Below, piece by piece: positions 21,674-30,572 of a stretch of DNA of 51,540 bases (the first letter of the stretch is position 1; each line of letters starts with the position of its first letter). Location of the stretch: the NCBI GenBank assembly GCA_036802895.1, contig DAIRVJ010000003.1, forward strand, positions 1 to 51,540, in the 5' to 3' direction. The notes under the pieces were generated by a model. It saw nothing but the letters and a program-made list of their open reading frames with translations. It was not told the origin of the DNA and did no database searches. Both the position numbers and the translations under genes were made by a program. The DNA is from Candidatus Nanopelagicales bacterium. Lineage in GTDB: Bacteria > Actinomycetota > Actinomycetes > Prado026.

Positions 21674-21889
21674 TCAGTCGGTGTCGCGCCGGCGGACGCG
21701 GACCAGCGATCCGGCCAGTCCGGCCACGCCGAGCCCGATCAGCGCGAGCGGGAACACCCAGGCCGCGTCGATGCTGACGTCGGCGAGGGCACCCACCAGG
21801 TAGACGGTCGCGAGGGCGACGAACACCAGCCCGGCGACGAGCGAGGTCAGGTCGAGGTCATGACGCAACACGGCGCACCTCCAGGTCAC
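21674..21889 (-). CDS. Small two-TM membrane protein, downstream partner of the PspC/LiaF-like gene
   Basis: 71 aa. LVAGLVFVALATVYLVGAL and VFPLALIGLGVAGLAGSL look like TM segments. The ATG at 21889 overlaps the upstream gene by 32 nt; in-frame GTG 21871 or TTG 21868 are alternatives. Confidence 0.5.
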   Translation of the reverse strand: MTWRCAVLRHDLDLTSLVAGLVFVALATVYLVGALADVSIDAAWVFPLALIGLGVAGLAGSLVRVRRRDTD

Positions 21890-23183
21890 CGATGCCGAGG
21901 TCGAGGGTCAGGTCGAGCGTGCCGGAGGGTGTGCCCACGGGCTCGATCGTGGTCTGCACGGTCTGGCCGAACCCGTCGCGCTGGTCGCCACCCGGCAGCC
22001 GGATCGTCCCGATGCCGGTCTTGGCGGTGAGCACCAGCCGCGCGTCGTCCGGGACCTCGACGATCAGCTGGCCGACGCCGAGCTGGGCGTCGATCGCGAC
22101 GGTGGTGCCGGTCAGCGGCAGCTGGGTCAGGTCCAGCCGCACGGTCCCCGCGCCCCAGCGGTACCCGTCGGCCGGCACGGCACTGACGCTGGGCGGGGCG
22201 AACCGCACGTCACCGCTGCGCCCGTTGCCGGGGACGCTGGCGGCGCCGGCGGTCAGCAGGGCCAGGACGATGCCGAGGGCGATCAGGCCGCGGGCCCGGC
22301 CGAACAGGGCCCCGACGACCAGACCGAGGCCGACGATCCCGGTCAGGACGGCGAGCAGGACGACCCAGTCGAGGTCCCAGTCGCCGGTGCGGTCCAGGGC
22401 CACCAGCACCCCGGCCGCGATGGCCGCGACGCTGACGGTGACCAGCCCCAGGACGGACCGTGGGCGCGGAGGGGCGGCCGGTGCCGGCGGGGTCGATGCG
22501 GCCCACGGGGCTCCCGGCGTCGGGGGTGTGGGCGGCGGTGGGCTGGTGGGGTAGCCGCCGGCGGGTGGGTAGGCCGGCGCTGTGGGTGGCGTAGGAGTCG
22601 GGCCGGTCACGGCCAGGGTGGTCGTGGCCTGCTCGGCGGTCGTCTGCTCGGACATCATCGGCTCCGGAGTCGAGGGGGGGACAGGGGCCGGCGGCGCGGA
22701 GGGCGGGCCGGTGGGGGTGCGGGTGAGCAGCCAGATGGCCAGGCCGACCGCGCCCACGACGAGCAGCGGCCAGACCCCCGGCCCGCTGCCCGGCCACGGG
22801 CCGGCGCCGAGGCCGAGGCCGACGACTGCGCCGACGAGGAGCAGCCCGGCTGCGACGGCCACGATGACCGCCACAGCGGTCCCGTTGCGGTCGACGAAGC
22901 GCTGGCCCTCGGAACGGTCGGTGCCTTCCTCGGGCAGCAGCAGCCAGCCGGCCGCGTAGAGCAGCAGGCCGGACCCGCCGAAGACGGCGAGCACCACGGT
23001 CACCACCCGCAGGATGACCGGGTCGATGCCGAGGGAGGCGGCGACCCCTCCGCAGACGCCGGCGACCTTGCGGTCGGTGCGGCTGCGCCGCAGCGGCGGG
23101 CGCGGCGCCGGCGCGGTGGTCGGCGGCGCGTTCGGCGGCGTCCAAGTCCCGGGGCCGGCGGAGGTCTGGGTGTTCTCGGTCAT
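21858..23183 (-). CDS. PspC-domain membrane protein with Pro-rich linker and LiaF-like C-terminal domain
   Basis: Start MTENTQ at 23183. PspC motif KVAGVCGGVAASLGIDPVILRVVTVVLAVFGGSGLLLYAAGWLLLP. A long PTPPxP low-complexity stretch is followed by a C-terminal beta-rich region, GTVRLDLTQLPLTGTTVAIDAQLGVGQLIVEVP. Confidence 0.8.
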   Translation of the reverse strand: MTENTQTSAGPGTWTPPNAPPTTAPAPRPPLRRSRTDRKVAGVCGGVAASLGIDPVILRVVTVVLAVFGGSGLLLYAAGWLLLPEEGTDRSEGQRFVDRNGTAVAVIVAVAAGLLLVGAVVGLGLGAGPWPGSGPGVWPLLVVGAVGLAIWLLTRTPTGPPSAPPAPVPPSTPEPMMSEQTTAEQATTTLAVTGPTPTPPTAPAYPPAGGYPTSPPPPTPPTPGAPWAASTPPAPAAPPRPRSVLGLVTVSVAAIAAGVLVALDRTGDWDLDWVVLLAVLTGIVGLGLVVGALFGRARGLIALGIVLALLTAGAASVPGNGRSGDVRFAPPSVSAVPADGYRWGAGTVRLDLTQLPLTGTTVAIDAQLGVGQLIVEVPDDARLVLTAKTGIGTIRLPGGDQRDGFGQTVQTTIEPVGTPSGTLDLTLDLGIGDLEVRRVAS

Positions 23184-23237
23184 GACTCGATCGTCGCGCG
23201 GGTCGACCACGGTTCCCACCGGCGAAAGCCCCGGTTC

Positions 23238-23271
23238 GACCCTGAGCGGACCCTGAGGAGGGCTCAGGGTC
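23238..23271. promoter_or_regulatory. Three copies of GACCCTGAG (two direct at 11-bp spacing, one inverted); candidate response-regulator operator
   Basis: Copies at 23238-23246 and 23249-23257 are direct. The copy at 23263-23271 is the reverse complement (CTCAGGGTC). All lie in the 131-nt divergent region between the pspC-like gene and the kinase gene. Confidence 0.5.
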
Positions 23272-23314
23272 GCGCCCGGTCCGGCGACGGGCTGCTGGGT
23301 GCCACGATGGACGG

Positions 23315-24559
23315 GTGCGCACCTCGGCGACCGATCCTGGGCGCGCCCGGGTGCGGCCGGCACTCGTCCGGGCCACCGACGGGCGCCTGGTCGCCGGCGT
23401 GGCCAGGGGGCTGGCCGACCACCTCGGGGTCGATGCCTGGGTGGTCCGGCTGGGCTTCGTCCTGCTGGCGCTGTCCAGCGGCGCCGGCCTGCTCGCCTAC
23501 GCGGCGTTCTGGGCGCTGGTGCCGCTGGCTGGGGAGCCGTCGGACGCCCCGGACCGCCCGGGCGCGCCCGCCGCCGCCGAGGCGGACGAACGGGCGACCC
23601 GGCTGGGCCCGCTGCTGGCGCTGGGGGCGATCGCGGCCGGCGTGGTGCTGGTCCTGCAGAACGTCGGCGTGCTCGGCGGCCGCGGGCTGGCGATCCCCCT
23701 CGTCGTCGTCGGCGTGGGCGTGGCGGTGCTCTGGCGGGTGGCCGACGACGCCCAGCGCTCGCGGCTGCGGGCGACCGCAGCGGCGACGTCCGGCCTGACC
23801 GCCTGGCTGAGGGTGGGCGCCGGCGTGGGGCTTGTCGTCCTCGGCGCCGGCGCCCTGCTGGCCACCAGGGGCGGGGTCCGGGCTGCGCTGGACGGCGTGG
23901 TCGCCGGGCTCGTCGTCGTCGTCGGCGTGGCGCTGGTGCTCGGACCGTGGCTCGCCGCCAACGCCCGCGACCTGGCCGCCGAGCGTCGCGAGCGGATCCG
24001 CTCCCAGGAGCGCGCCGAGCTGGCCGCGCACGTGCACGACTCGGTGCTGCAGACGCTCACCCTGATCCAGCGGTCCGCCGACGACCCGCGGGAGGTCGGG
24101 CGGCTGGCCCGCGCGGAGGAGCGGGCGCTGCGCCAGTGGCTGTACCGGCCCGTGGGGGCCGACGCGGCCTCCTTCCGCTCCGCGCTCGAGGCGCTGGCGG
24201 CGGAGGTGGAGGACACGCACCGGGCCCCGCTGGACGTCGTCGTCGTCGGGGACCGGGCGGTCGACGAGCGGCTGGGTGCGCTGCTGCAGGCCAGCCGGGA
24301 GGCGATGGTGAACGCCGCGAAGTACGCCTCCGAGGGCGGCCCGGTCTCGGTGTACGCCGAGCTCGAGCCGACGGAGGCGGCGGTGTTCGTCCGGGACCGC
24401 GGTCCCGGCTTCGACCCGGACGCCGTGCCCGGGGACCGGCTCGGCGTCCGGCAGTCGATCCAGGGACGCATGCAGCGCGCCGGCGGCCGGGCGGAGATCC
24501 GCAGCCTGCTCGGCGAGGGCACCGAAGTCCGACTCACCATGCCCCTGGAGGCGACGTGA
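23315..24559 (+). CDS. Sensor histidine kinase with N-terminal PspC domain (HisKA_3 type)
   Basis: PspC motif RLVAGVARGLADHLGVDAWVVRLGFVLLALSSGAGLLAYAAFWALVP, H-box LAAHVHDSVLQTLTLI and ATPase region NAAKYA...RDRGPGF. GTG start. Confidence 0.85.
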   Translation: MRTSATDPGRARVRPALVRATDGRLVAGVARGLADHLGVDAWVVRLGFVLLALSSGAGLLAYAAFWALVPLAGEPSDAPDRPGAPAAAEADERATRLGPLLALGAIAAGVVLVLQNVGVLGGRGLAIPLVVVGVGVAVLWRVADDAQRSRLRATAAATSGLTAWLRVGAGVGLVVLGAGALLATRGGVRAALDGVVAGLVVVVGVALVLGPWLAANARDLAAERRERIRSQERAELAAHVHDSVLQTLTLIQRSADDPREVGRLARAEERALRQWLYRPVGADAASFRSALEALAAEVEDTHRAPLDVVVVGDRAVDERLGALLQASREAMVNAAKYASEGGPVSVYAELEPTEAAVFVRDRGPGFDPDAVPGDRLGVRQSIQGRMQRAGGRAEIRSLLGEGTEVRLTMPLEAT

Positions 24560-25224
24560 CCGATCAGCCTGAAGGCGGCGGCTCAGCCGTCCCGCGGGTC
24601 GTCCTGGTCGACGACCACCGGATGTTCCGCACCGGGGTCCAGGCCGAGCTGGGGGACTCGGTCGAGGTGGTCGGCGAGGCCGCGGACGTCGACCAGGCGG
24701 TCACGGTGATCGCCGCGACCCGGCCGGACGTCGTGCTGCTCGACGTGCACCTGCCCGGCGGGAACGGTGCCGAGGTCATCCGCCGGGTCGTCGCGGCCGG
24801 GGTGGACACCCGCTTCCTCGCGCTGTCGGTGAGCGACGCCGCGGAGGACGTGATCGGGGTCATCCGGGCGGGGGCGCGCGGCTACGTCACCAAGTCCATC
24901 ACCGGCCCGGAGCTGGCCGACGCCATCCGGCGGGTGGCCGACGGGGACGCGGTCTTCTCGTCGCGGCTCGCCGGGTTCGTGCTGGACGCGTTCTCGGGCT
25001 CGTCCGACGTCCCGGTCGTCGACGAGGAGCTGGACCTGCTGACCCAGCGCGAGCGGGAGGTGCTGCGCCTCATCGCGCGCGGGTACGCGTACAAGGAGGT
25101 CGGCAAGGAGCTGTTCATCTCGGTGAAGACCGTCGAGACCCACGTCTCGGCGGTGCTGCGCAAGCTCCAGCTGTCGAACCGGCACGAGCTGGCCCGGTGG
25201 GCGAGCGACCGGCGCCTGGTCTGA
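24556..25224 (+). CDS. NarL/LuxR-family response regulator (LiaR-like)
   Basis: A GTG at 24556 overlaps the kinase stop (GTGA). RVVLVDDHRMFRTG...VVLLDVHLPG, with HTH LTQREREVLRLIARGYAYKEVGKELFISVKTVETHVSAVLRKL. Confidence 0.9.
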   Translation: MTDQPEGGGSAVPRVVLVDDHRMFRTGVQAELGDSVEVVGEAADVDQAVTVIAATRPDVVLLDVHLPGGNGAEVIRRVVAAGVDTRFLALSVSDAAEDVIGVIRAGARGYVTKSITGPELADAIRRVADGDAVFSSRLAGFVLDAFSGSSDVPVVDEELDLLTQREREVLRLIARGYAYKEVGKELFISVKTVETHVSAVLRKLQLSNRHELARWASDRRLV

Positions 25225-25238
25225 GGGACGATGGCCGG

Positions 25239-25670
25239 GTGAGCGACCACGACACGGTGATCGTGGCGGCCGGCTCGCGGCCGTCATCGGTGGCCGACCC
25301 CTCGCCGTGGCGGCGGCCGACCGTGTGGGCGGCGGTCGTCGGCGCCCTGGTGGCCGGCGCGTCGCTCGGGCTGGTGGGTGCTGCCGTTGGGCGACCGGCT
25401 CCCCCTTCCGCCGTGGCTGGGTCGTCGGTCCCCTCCGCCGTACCCACGCCGGCCGAGTCCAGCCCGCCGTCGGTCGGCTCCCCGGACTCGGGCGACCTCG
25501 CTGCCGCGCTGCGCCAGGAGCTGGCGCGTCGACTGGGCGAGCAACTGCGTGAGCAGGTTCCGGGTGAGGTGGGTGACGGCCTCGGCGACCTGGTCGAGGA
25601 CCCGGAGGTCGGGCGCTCGGCCCAGGACCTGCTCGAGCAGCTGCTCGCCGGAGGACCGGGCCAGCCCTAG
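25239..25670 (+). CDS. Hypothetical single-pass membrane protein with acidic helical C-terminus
   Basis: High GC3 bias. TM segment TVWAAVVGALVAGASLGLVGAAV. The GTG at 25239 is preferred over the track ATG at 25197, which overlaps the response-regulator gene. Confidence 0.5.
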   Translation: MSDHDTVIVAAGSRPSSVADPSPWRRPTVWAAVVGALVAGASLGLVGAAVGRPAPPSAVAGSSVPSAVPTPAESSPPSVGSPDSGDLAAALRQELARRLGEQLREQVPGEVGDGLGDLVEDPEVGRSAQDLLEQLLAGGPGQP

Positions 25671-25677
25671 TCGACGA

Positions 25678-26841
25678 TCAGCTGCGCGCCGACCCCAGGG
25701 TCACGGTCGCGGTCGCCGATCGACCGCCCCGCTCGTAGGTGATGGTCACCTGCTGGCCGGGCCGGGCCGAGCGGATCGCCGCGACGAGCGCGTCGGCGCT
25801 GTCGATCGGCCGCTCGCCGAACCGGGTGACCACGTCGCCGCTGCGGAGCCCCGCCCGGTCCGCCGGCCCGCCGGCCGTGACCTGCGAGAGCGCCGCGCCC
25901 TGGTCGGCGTCGGCCACGCCCACACCGAGCTGAGCCCGGGTCGCGTAGCCCTGCCTGATGATCTCGTCGGCTATCCGCTTGGCCTGGTCGATGGGGATCG
26001 CGAAGCCGAGGCCGATCGACCCGGACGTCCCTCCGACGGAGGAGCCGAGGGTGGCGATCGCGGAGTTGATGCCGACGACCTTCCCGTCCAGATCCGCGAG
26101 CGCGCCGCCGGAGTTGCCCGGGTTGATCGCGGCGTCGGTCTGGATCGCGTCCAGGATCGCGTTCTGTCCGCCGGAGCCGCCGGTGGTCACCGGCCGGTTG
26201 AGCGCGCTGACGATCCCGGCGGTGACCGTGCCCTCGAGGCCGAGCGGGGAGCCCACGGCCACCACGGTCTGCCCGACCTTCAGGGCCCCGGAGCTGCCCA
26301 GCGTGGCCGGGGTGAGACCGGACAGGCCGCTGACCCGGATGACCGCCAGGTCGGAGGTGGGGTCCGTGCCGACGACCGTGGCGGTGGCCGACCGGCCGTC
26401 CTGCAGGCGGACGGTCAGTCGGCTCGCGCCCTCGACCACGTGGTTGTTCGTCAGCACGTACCCGGAGGTGCTGAGGATGACGCCGGACCCCTCACCACTG
26501 CCCTGGGCGCCGCTCACCTGCACCGAGACCACGCTCGGCAGCACCGCGGCGGCGACCTTCTCGATCGAGCCGTCGGGGACCGCGACCGTCGTCGTGGGTG
26601 TTCCGGTGGCCGTCGGCGTCGACGTCACGGTGGTCGTCACCCGCTCGCCGGGCGCGACGGCCGCCCCGACGACACCGCCCGTGACACCCGCCAGCAGGGC
26701 CGTGGTGGCCACCAGGGCCACGGTGCGGCGGCGACGGGGAGGCGTCGCCGGCGGTGGCGCCGGGGCAGCCCACGGCGGCTGGGGCGGGCGGGGTGCGTAC
26801 GGATCGGGTGCCGGGAGCGAGGGGGTGAGGATCTCGGTCAT
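25678..26841 (-). CDS. HtrA/DegP-like S1C serine protease with PDZ domain
   Basis: Catalytic triad contexts TNNHVV, DLAVIRV and GNSGGAL. Pro-rich N-terminus plus a TM anchor, and a C-terminal PDZ (GALSQVTAGGPADRAGLRSGDVV). Confidence 0.9.
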   Translation of the reverse strand: MTEILTPSLPAPDPYAPRPPQPPWAAPAPPPATPPRRRRTVALVATTALLAGVTGGVVGAAVAPGERVTTTVTSTPTATGTPTTTVAVPDGSIEKVAAAVLPSVVSVQVSGAQGSGEGSGVILSTSGYVLTNNHVVEGASRLTVRLQDGRSATATVVGTDPTSDLAVIRVSGLSGLTPATLGSSGALKVGQTVVAVGSPLGLEGTVTAGIVSALNRPVTTGGSGGQNAILDAIQTDAAINPGNSGGALADLDGKVVGINSAIATLGSSVGGTSGSIGLGFAIPIDQAKRIADEIIRQGYATRAQLGVGVADADQGAALSQVTAGGPADRAGLRSGDVVTRFGERPIDSADALVAAIRSARPGQQVTITYERGGRSATATVTLGSARS

Positions 26842-26907
26842 GGACCCAGGCTGGCCACCCCGGCTGAGCCTTCCCTGGGCAAACCCCGTGAGCAGGCTGT
26901 GAACCGG

Positions 26908-27636
26908 TCAGCCGGTCTCGACCACCATGAAGGCCTCGGCCAGACGCCCCTCCGGCAGTCCGGCCGCCGCCGCGTTGCGGGCCATCCATCCGGTGACGAA
27001 CTCGGCGAGCTCGGGCAGGTGAGCCGTCTGCGACTCGTGCGCGCGCAGCGCGGCCAGCTTGCGGTCGACCACGTCGGTGACGTCGACCCAGTGGTCCGGC
27101 GCGGGAGCCGCCATGACCCAGACCTCGCGGACCGTCCACTCCTCGAGGCCCTCGTCGCGCAGCAGGGACGGGTGGGCGAAGGGGTTGCGGGCGTCCGGGT
27201 AGAGCGCCTGCAGGGCCGCCTCGCCCGCGGCCAGGTGGTCGGGGTGGGAGGCCTGGATCCGCTGCCAGTTCCGCTCGGGGGACTGGATGACCATCCGCTG
27301 CGGGCGCACCTGGCGGATCACCCGGCTGATGTCCCGGCGCAGGTCGTGGCTGACGGTCAGCTCACCGTCGACGTAGCCGAGGAACCGGACGTCGCCGACG
27401 CCGACGCAGGCGGCCGCAGCGACCTGCTCGGCCTGTCGGATGCGAGGGATCTCCGACCGCGCGACCTCCGGGTCGAAGCCGCCGGCGTCGCCGTTGGTCA
27501 CCACCGCGTACACGACCTCGACGCCGGCCGACGTCCAGGTGGCGATCGTCCCGGCCGCGCCGAAGTCGACGTCGTCGGGATGGGCGGTGACGACCAGGAC
27601 GCGCTCGACCTCCGACTCCTCCAGCACGGGGCCCAT
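26908..27636 (-). CDS. PIG-L/LmbE-family deacetylase
   Basis: Start MGPVLEE at 27636. Signature VLVVTAHPDDVDFGAAG plus HPDH. The upstream 130 aa of the track ORF is read-through antisense to pcrA. Confidence 0.82.
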   Translation of the reverse strand: MGPVLEESEVERVLVVTAHPDDVDFGAAGTIATWTSAGVEVVYAVVTNGDAGGFDPEVARSEIPRIRQAEQVAAAACVGVGDVRFLGYVDGELTVSHDLRRDISRVIRQVRPQRMVIQSPERNWQRIQASHPDHLAAGEAALQALYPDARNPFAHPSLLRDEGLEEWTVREVWVMAAPAPDHWVDVTDVVDRKLAALRAHESQTAHLPELAEFVTGWMARNAAAAGLPEGRLAEAFMVVETG

Positions 27637-27670
27637 GCTAGGGGCGCAGCGGACGTCGCGTACGACGGGT

Positions 27671-27693
27671 GGGTCGGCAGCGGCGCCTAGACT
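27671..27693 (+). promoter_or_regulatory. Candidate pcrA promoter: -10 TAGACT preceded by a weak RecA-NDp-like GTCGG motif
   Basis: GGGTCGGCA-N8-TAGACT, with the -10 at 27688-27693 and the ATG at 27704. The upstream motif is only a partial match to the remembered tTGTCRgtg-N8-TAnnnT. Confidence 0.3.
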
Positions 27694-27703
27694 CGACCCC
27701 GCG

Positions 27704-29926
27704 ATGACGACCCTCTTCGACCCGCCCGACGCCCTGCTCGAAGGGCTCAACGACCAGCAGCGGGCCGCTGTCGTCCACCAGGGCAGCCCGCTGCTCATCG
27801 TGGCGGGGGCGGGGTCGGGCAAGACCCGGGTGCTCACCCAGCGGATCGCCCACCTGCTCGCCGCCCGAGGAGCCCAGCCCGGCCAGATCCTCGCCATCAC
27901 GTTCACCAACAAGGCCGCAGGGGAGATGCGGGAACGGGTCACCGCCCTTGTCGGCCCACGAGCTCGGGCCATGTGGGTGTCCACGTTCCACTCCGCGTGC
28001 GTGCGCATCCTGCGCGCCGAGCACAAGAAGCTCGGCTTCAGCTCGACGTTCTCGATCTACGACGCCGCGGACAGCCAGCGGCTCATGACGCTGGTCTGCC
28101 GCGAGCTCGACCTCGACCCGAAGCGCTACCCGCCCCGCTCGTTCCTCGCCCAGGTCAGCAACCTGAAGAACGAGCTGGTCGACCAGGAGGCCTACGCGGC
28201 GCGGGCGGCCAACCACATGGAGCAGACCCTGGCCGAGGCCTACGGCCGCTACCAGCAGCGGCTGCGCGAGTCGAACGCGTTCGACTTCGACGACCTGATC
28301 ATGACCACGGTCAACCTGTTGCAGGCGTTCCCCGACGTGGCCGAGCACTACCACCGTCGGTTCCGGCACGTGCTGGTCGACGAGTACCAGGACACCAACC
28401 ACGCGCAGTACGTCCTGGTCGGCGAGCTGGTGGGCAGGGGCGACGACGGCGTCCCCCCTGCCGAGCTCTGTGTCGTCGGTGACGCCGACCAGTCCATCTA
28501 CGCATTCCGGGGCGCCACGATCCGCAACATCATGCAGTTCGAGCAGGACTACCCGGACGCCACGACGATCCTGCTCGAGCAGAACTACCGGTCGACGCAG
28601 ACGATCCTGTCCGCAGCCAACGCGGTGATCGCGCGCAACCTCAACCGCAAGCCGAAGAACCTGTGGACCGACTCCGCGCAGGGCTGGCCGATCGTCGGCT
28701 ACGTCGCCGACAACGAGCACGACGAGGCGGCCTTCGTGGCCCGCACGATCGACGAGCTGGACGACGCCGGCCACGCCCGGCCAGGCGACGTCGCGGTCTT
28801 CTATCGGACCAACGCCCAGTCCCGGGTCTTCGAGGAGGTGTTCATCCGGGTCGGTCTGCCCTACCGCGTCGTCGGCGGCGTGCGCTTCTACGAGCGGCGC
28901 GAGATCCGCGACGCGCTGGCGTACCTGCGGCTGCTGGCCAACCCCGACGACACCGTGTCGCTGCGCCGCATCCTCAACGTCCCCCGACGGGGCATCGGCG
29001 AGCGGGCCGAGGCCTGCGTCGAGGTGCTGGCCGAGCGCGAGCGCGTCCCGTTCGGCGCGGCGCTCGGCCGGGCCCGCGAGGCGTACGGCCTGGCGCCTCG
29101 CTCGTTGGCCGCGATCGAGGGCTTCACCGCGCTGATCGAGTCCCTGCGGACCCTCGTCGAGGCCGGGTCGGGCCCGGCCACCGTCCTCGAGGCGGTGCTC
29201 GACCAGACCGGCTACCTCGCCGAGCTCGCGGCGTCGTCCGACCCGCAGGACGAGACCAGGGTCGAGAACCTGCGCGAGCTGGAGGCGGTGGCCCGGGAGT
29301 TCGAGGAGAACGACCCCGAGGGCACCCTCGCGGACTTCCTCGAGCGGGTGTCGCTGGTCGCCGACTCCGACGAGATCCCCGAGGGGCCCGACCACGGCGG
29401 CATGGTCACCCTGATGACCCTGCACACGGCGAAGGGGCTGGAGTTCCCCGTGGTCTTCCTCACCGGCCTCGAGGACGGCGTGTTCCCGCACCAGCGCTCC
29501 CTCGCCGACCCCCGCGAGCTGGAGGAGGAGCGCCGGCTGGCCTACGTCGGCATCACCCGGGCCCGCCAGCGGCTGCACCTCAGCCGGGCGGTTGTCCGGT
29601 CCGCCTGGGGGTCGCCCCAGTACTGGCCGGCGTCCCGGTTCCTCGACGAGATCCCGGTCGAGCTCGTCGAGTGGCTGCGCACCGAGTCGGCGGTGTCCTC
29701 CCGCCCGGCCGGCGCCGACCTGGTCGCCCGTCCCACCACCCGGACCGCCGGCAACCGCCCGATCCCGTCGCTCGTGCCCGGGGACCGGGTGACCCACGAC
29801 ACGTTCGGGATGGGCACGGTCGTCTCGCTCGACGGCATCGGCGACCGGGTGCAGGCGAGCGTCGACTTCGGCTCCGCCGGCGTCAAGCGGCTCCTGCTGC
29901 GCTACGCCCCGGTCGAGAAGCTCTGA
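27704..29926 (+). CDS. pcrA: ATP-dependent DNA helicase PcrA/UvrD1
   Basis: LNDQQRAAVVHQGSPLLIVAGAGSGKTRVLT, VDEYQDTNHAQY, YRSTQ, and LEFPVVFL...RLAYVGITRA. Confidence 0.93.
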   Translation: MTTLFDPPDALLEGLNDQQRAAVVHQGSPLLIVAGAGSGKTRVLTQRIAHLLAARGAQPGQILAITFTNKAAGEMRERVTALVGPRARAMWVSTFHSACVRILRAEHKKLGFSSTFSIYDAADSQRLMTLVCRELDLDPKRYPPRSFLAQVSNLKNELVDQEAYAARAANHMEQTLAEAYGRYQQRLRESNAFDFDDLIMTTVNLLQAFPDVAEHYHRRFRHVLVDEYQDTNHAQYVLVGELVGRGDDGVPPAELCVVGDADQSIYAFRGATIRNIMQFEQDYPDATTILLEQNYRSTQTILSAANAVIARNLNRKPKNLWTDSAQGWPIVGYVADNEHDEAAFVARTIDELDDAGHARPGDVAVFYRTNAQSRVFEEVFIRVGLPYRVVGGVRFYERREIRDALAYLRLLANPDDTVSLRRILNVPRRGIGERAEACVEVLAERERVPFGAALGRAREAYGLAPRSLAAIEGFTALIESLRTLVEAGSGPATVLEAVLDQTGYLAELAASSDPQDETRVENLRELEAVAREFEENDPEGTLADFLERVSLVADSDEIPEGPDHGGMVTLMTLHTAKGLEFPVVFLTGLEDGVFPHQRSLADPRELEEERRLAYVGITRARQRLHLSRAVVRSAWGSPQYWPASRFLDEIPVELVEWLRTESAVSSRPAGADLVARPTTRTAGNRPIPSLVPGDRVTHDTFGMGTVVSLDGIGDRVQASVDFGSAGVKRLLLRYAPVEKL

Positions 29927-30012
29927 CTGCCGACGTATCAGCGGCCCGGGTCGGCTGCTCTGCAAGGCGTCCGGACATCCACCGTCCGGTTCCCCCCTGT
30001 AGGAGGAATGCC

Positions 30013-30471
30013 ATGCGCAGGAAGTCCGTACTGGGTCTCGTGACCGGCACCGCCGTCGCCGCGGTGCTGGGCGCCACCCTGCTCGCCCCCTCGGTCGGTG
30101 CCTCGAGTGGCAGTGCCGCAGCCAACACCGAGGTCGGGCGGGCGACCACTGCCACCACCACCAGCACCGCGCTTCCCCCCAAGGTCGTCTTCGCCGTGGT
30201 CAACGCCAACGGGACGCTGGCCCGCGGGAAGGCCGTCGCGCGCGTGGCCCAGCTCTCGACCAACACCTACGAGGTGATCTTCACGCGTAACGTGCGTACC
30301 TGCGCCTACACGGCCACCGTCGGCCTGACGACCTCCTCCGGCTCCCTGCCCAACGGCCAGGTCACCGTCGTCGGACGGGTCACCAGCGTCAACGGGGTGT
30401 TCCTCGTCACGTCCAACGGCACCGGCGCGGCTGCGGCTCAGCCGTTCCACCTCACGGTGAACTGCCCGTAG
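30013..30471 (+). CDS. Small secreted protein of unknown function
   Basis: An AGGAGG RBS at 30001-30006 precedes the ATG at 30013. Signal peptide MRRKSVLGLVTGTAVAAVLGATLLAPSVGA. Thr-rich linker and two Cys residues (RTCAY, VNCP-end). Confidence 0.68.
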   Translation: MRRKSVLGLVTGTAVAAVLGATLLAPSVGASSGSAAANTEVGRATTATTTSTALPPKVVFAVVNANGTLARGKAVARVAQLSTNTYEVIFTRNVRTCAYTATVGLTTSSGSLPNGQVTVVGRVTSVNGVFLVTSNGTGAAAAQPFHLTVNCP

Positions 30472-30486
30472 CAGCCACCTGAACGA

Positions 30487-30529
30487 CGTCGGCCGGGCGG
30501 CCTCCCCCTCAGGGGCCGCCCGGCCGACG
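30487..30529. terminator. 16-bp GC hairpin between convergent genes (bidirectional terminator candidate)
   Basis: CGTCGGCCGGGCGGCC - 11-nt loop - GGCCGCCCGGCCGACG. Confidence 0.62.
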
Positions 30530-30572
30530 CGCGTCAGGGCGCCTGGTCACGGCGCCGGGTCAGCGTGCTGGG

